This document shows positions 30,561-32,000 of a stretch of 32,000 bases of DNA, piece after piece. Below the pieces are notes generated by a model that was not told the DNA's origin, did not search any database, and saw only the letters and a list, made by a program, of their open reading frames with translations. The number at the start of each line of letters is the position of its first letter. The first letter of the stretch is position 1. The DNA comes from an uncultured Syntrophobacter sp. (lineage in GTDB: Bacteria > Desulfobacterota > Desulfofervidia > Desulfofervidales > DG-60): contig CAZNJP010000002.1 of the NCBI GenBank assembly GCA_964573345.1, positions 9,916-41,915 of the forward strand. The letters are read 5' to 3'. The translations under genes were made by a program, and so were the position numbers.

Positions 30561-32000
30561 ATGATAGTTTTATTTTTACAACCTCCACTTGGGAATTGGG
30601 TTAGCTGGGGAAAACATGTAGCCATTAATGTAAATCATGCCCAATTGGCTGCAAATTTACGTGAATGGCATCCAGAGATAGAGATAAGGATTTTAGAGTG
30701 TAAAGCATTAGATATAGATGAAAGAAGAATGCTTGATGCTATTAGAGAAATAGAACCTGACTTAGTTTATATGGGAGATGCCTTGCAGACTACGGGAGTT
30801 GCCGCCATTGCTCCTCGCTACAAAAGGGCAGCCAGTTTAATTGAACAGCAAAATAAAAATATAAAGATATGTGTAGGTGGATTCTATTATGGGGCAAATG
30901 CCCCTCAAATATTAAAGAAAACAAAAGAATTTGACTTTATCATTTATGGAGAGACGGAGGTAACACTGCCTGAATTAGCTAAAGAGCTAAGTAAAAAGGA
31001 GCCTGACATTCCTTCAATAAAAGGGCTTGCATATTGGGATAATGATGAATTAAAAGTTACTCCTTATCGCCCTTTATTTGAAAATTTAGATGACTTACCA
31101 CTCCCTGCATATGATTTATTTCCAATGGGAAAATACAAATATATGGAGACATATCATTCCAGAGGTTGCCCAAATGGATGTAAATTTTGTGTAGGTTGGA
31201 CAAATTACGATCCTCGTGGGAATAAAGATTGGATGCATTATCGCATAAGATCAGCTAAAAGGGTAGCTGATGAATTAGAGCTTTTAGAAAAAAGATTTGG
31301 TGTAAAATATGTGGTAATGATGGATGAGGACTTTAATGTATATCGCTCAAGGATTGAAGGATTAATAGAGGAGTTATTTAAGCGAGGACTTAAAGTGAAA
31401 TATTTCTTTATGGGGAGGGCCCCTTATTTTTTGAGAGATAAAGATTTACTCATAGACTTAAGAAAATCAGGCTTTATTCAATGTTTATTTGGCCTTGAGG
31501 TAGTAGATGAAAAAACATTAAAGAAGATTGGAAAAGGGATTACTGTTGATGAAGTAGAAGAAACAGTAGCAAGATGCAGGGAAAACAATATTGGTACCAT
31601 AATATCCTGGATGGTAGGTTTTCCTGATGACAATGAAGAGACCATCAAAAAACGTTTTGAAAGATTAGATAAGATTGACCCAGATATCTCTTCTCTTCAA
31701 ATATTAACACCACTTCCAGGTATTCCTATGTATCCTGAGATTGAGCCTTACATTGAAGAAGAAGATTTAAGTAAGTGGGATTTTTTCCATCCTGTTATAA
31801 GAACAAAATATTTAACTAGAGAAGAATTAGGAAGGCTGGCTGCTTGGTGTAATTGCGAATTCTTTAATAATCCAGAAAGGATGCATAGAATATTATTCAA
31901 TAAAAATTTAGATCCGTTCTGTAGGCTTTCTGCTAAAATTTATATAAAGACAGTAAATGCTTATACTAGAGCAGCTACTAAAGGGGAGGTATTTGTATAA
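30561..32000 (+). CDS. B12-binding-domain radical SAM protein, paralog 2
   Basis: Colinear with 16126..17592 (LPLPAYDLFPM, SRGCPNGCKFC, LKKIGKGIT, DPDI, C-terminal KGEVFV). The stop codon is the last three bases of the window. Confidence 0.8.
   Translation: MIVLFLQPPLGNWVSWGKHVAINVNHAQLAANLREWHPEIEIRILECKALDIDERRMLDAIREIEPDLVYMGDALQTTGVAAIAPRYKRAASLIEQQNKNIKICVGGFYYGANAPQILKKTKEFDFIIYGETEVTLPELAKELSKKEPDIPSIKGLAYWDNDELKVTPYRPLFENLDDLPLPAYDLFPMGKYKYMETYHSRGCPNGCKFCVGWTNYDPRGNKDWMHYRIRSAKRVADELELLEKRFGVKYVVMMDEDFNVYRSRIEGLIEELFKRGLKVKYFFMGRAPYFLRDKDLLIDLRKSGFIQCLFGLEVVDEKTLKKIGKGITVDEVEETVARCRENNIGTIISWMVGFPDDNEETIKKRFERLDKIDPDISSLQILTPLPGIPMYPEIEPYIEEEDLSKWDFFHPVIRTKYLTREELGRLAAWCNCEFFNNPERMHRILFNKNLDPFCRLSAKIYIKTVNAYTRAATKGEVFV

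Noticed and set aside
14078-32000. Assigning the locus to a named pathway (ladderane-type lipid synthesis, clostrubin-like or anthraquinone type II PKS, anaerobic hydrocarbon/aromatic catabolism via a benzylsuccinate-synthase-like GRE).
   Set aside because: Individual gene families overlap with each of these, but the combination does not match any that I know. The GRE has the Cys-x-Glu loop and no small-subunit genes, as X-succinate synthases would require. Without searches the taxon and pathway cannot be named.
1-32000. tRNA, rRNA, tmRNA or other canonical RNA genes.
   Set aside because: The only non-coding stretches longer than 100 nt (2362-2742, 6897-7139, 8664-8822, 9839-10263, 13921-14077, 27105-27208) are occupied by the repeats described. 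None showed cloverleaf-type stems or rRNA-like sequence on inspection.

Overview
AT-rich bacterial window with anaerobe-type gene content. It holds 28 protein-coding genes, all on the + strand, separated by short gaps or ATGA overlaps (5061, 15298, 19464, 22542). I saw no rRNA, tRNA, CRISPR array, transposase or integrase. It reads as one large accessory locus for biosynthesis plus export. (1) 1-2361: a class II aldolase-SCP2 fusion (5' partial) and an aldehyde dehydrogenase. (2) 2743-8663: an envelope export module with an MMPL/RND transporter, two tandem LolA-like paralogs and a DUF1302-like outer-membrane barrel. (3) 8686-9188: a four-helix-bundle (23S rRNA IVS-type) gene lying between the two arms of a hairpin whose ORF-less copy is at 7008-7070. 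(4) 9200-13920: a DUF374 acyltransferase-like gene, a decayed acyl-CoA ligase relic, and two intact ANL ligase paralogs split by a small nucleotidyltransferase module. (5) 14078-16023: an FAD oxidoreductase translationally coupled to an iron-sulfur flavoprotein. (6) 16026-21267: a four-gene cassette (B12-radical SAM, aldehyde:ferredoxin oxidoreductase, ketopantoate-reductase-like, tandem TIGR04076) bracketed by 69-bp near-perfect inverted repeats. (7) 21283-27104: a type II PKS-like core with KS alpha, a Cys-less KS beta, ACP, two cyclases, a ketoreductase and an amidohydrolase_2. (8) 27209-32000: a glycyl-radical-enzyme activase, the glycyl radical enzyme, and a second B12-radical SAM. My main hypothesis is inference, not proof. 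The locus may be an oxygen-independent pathway that builds a cyclised polyketide-like lipid or pigment and exports it to the outer membrane. It would be organised like aryl-polyene clusters but tailored by radical enzymes. The intergenic spacers are also unusual, with several repeat families and runs of immediately doubled short words. Protein family calls rest on motifs I recognise by eye, since no database search was possible. Coordinates of non-ORF features were hand-counted and may be off by 1-2 nt.
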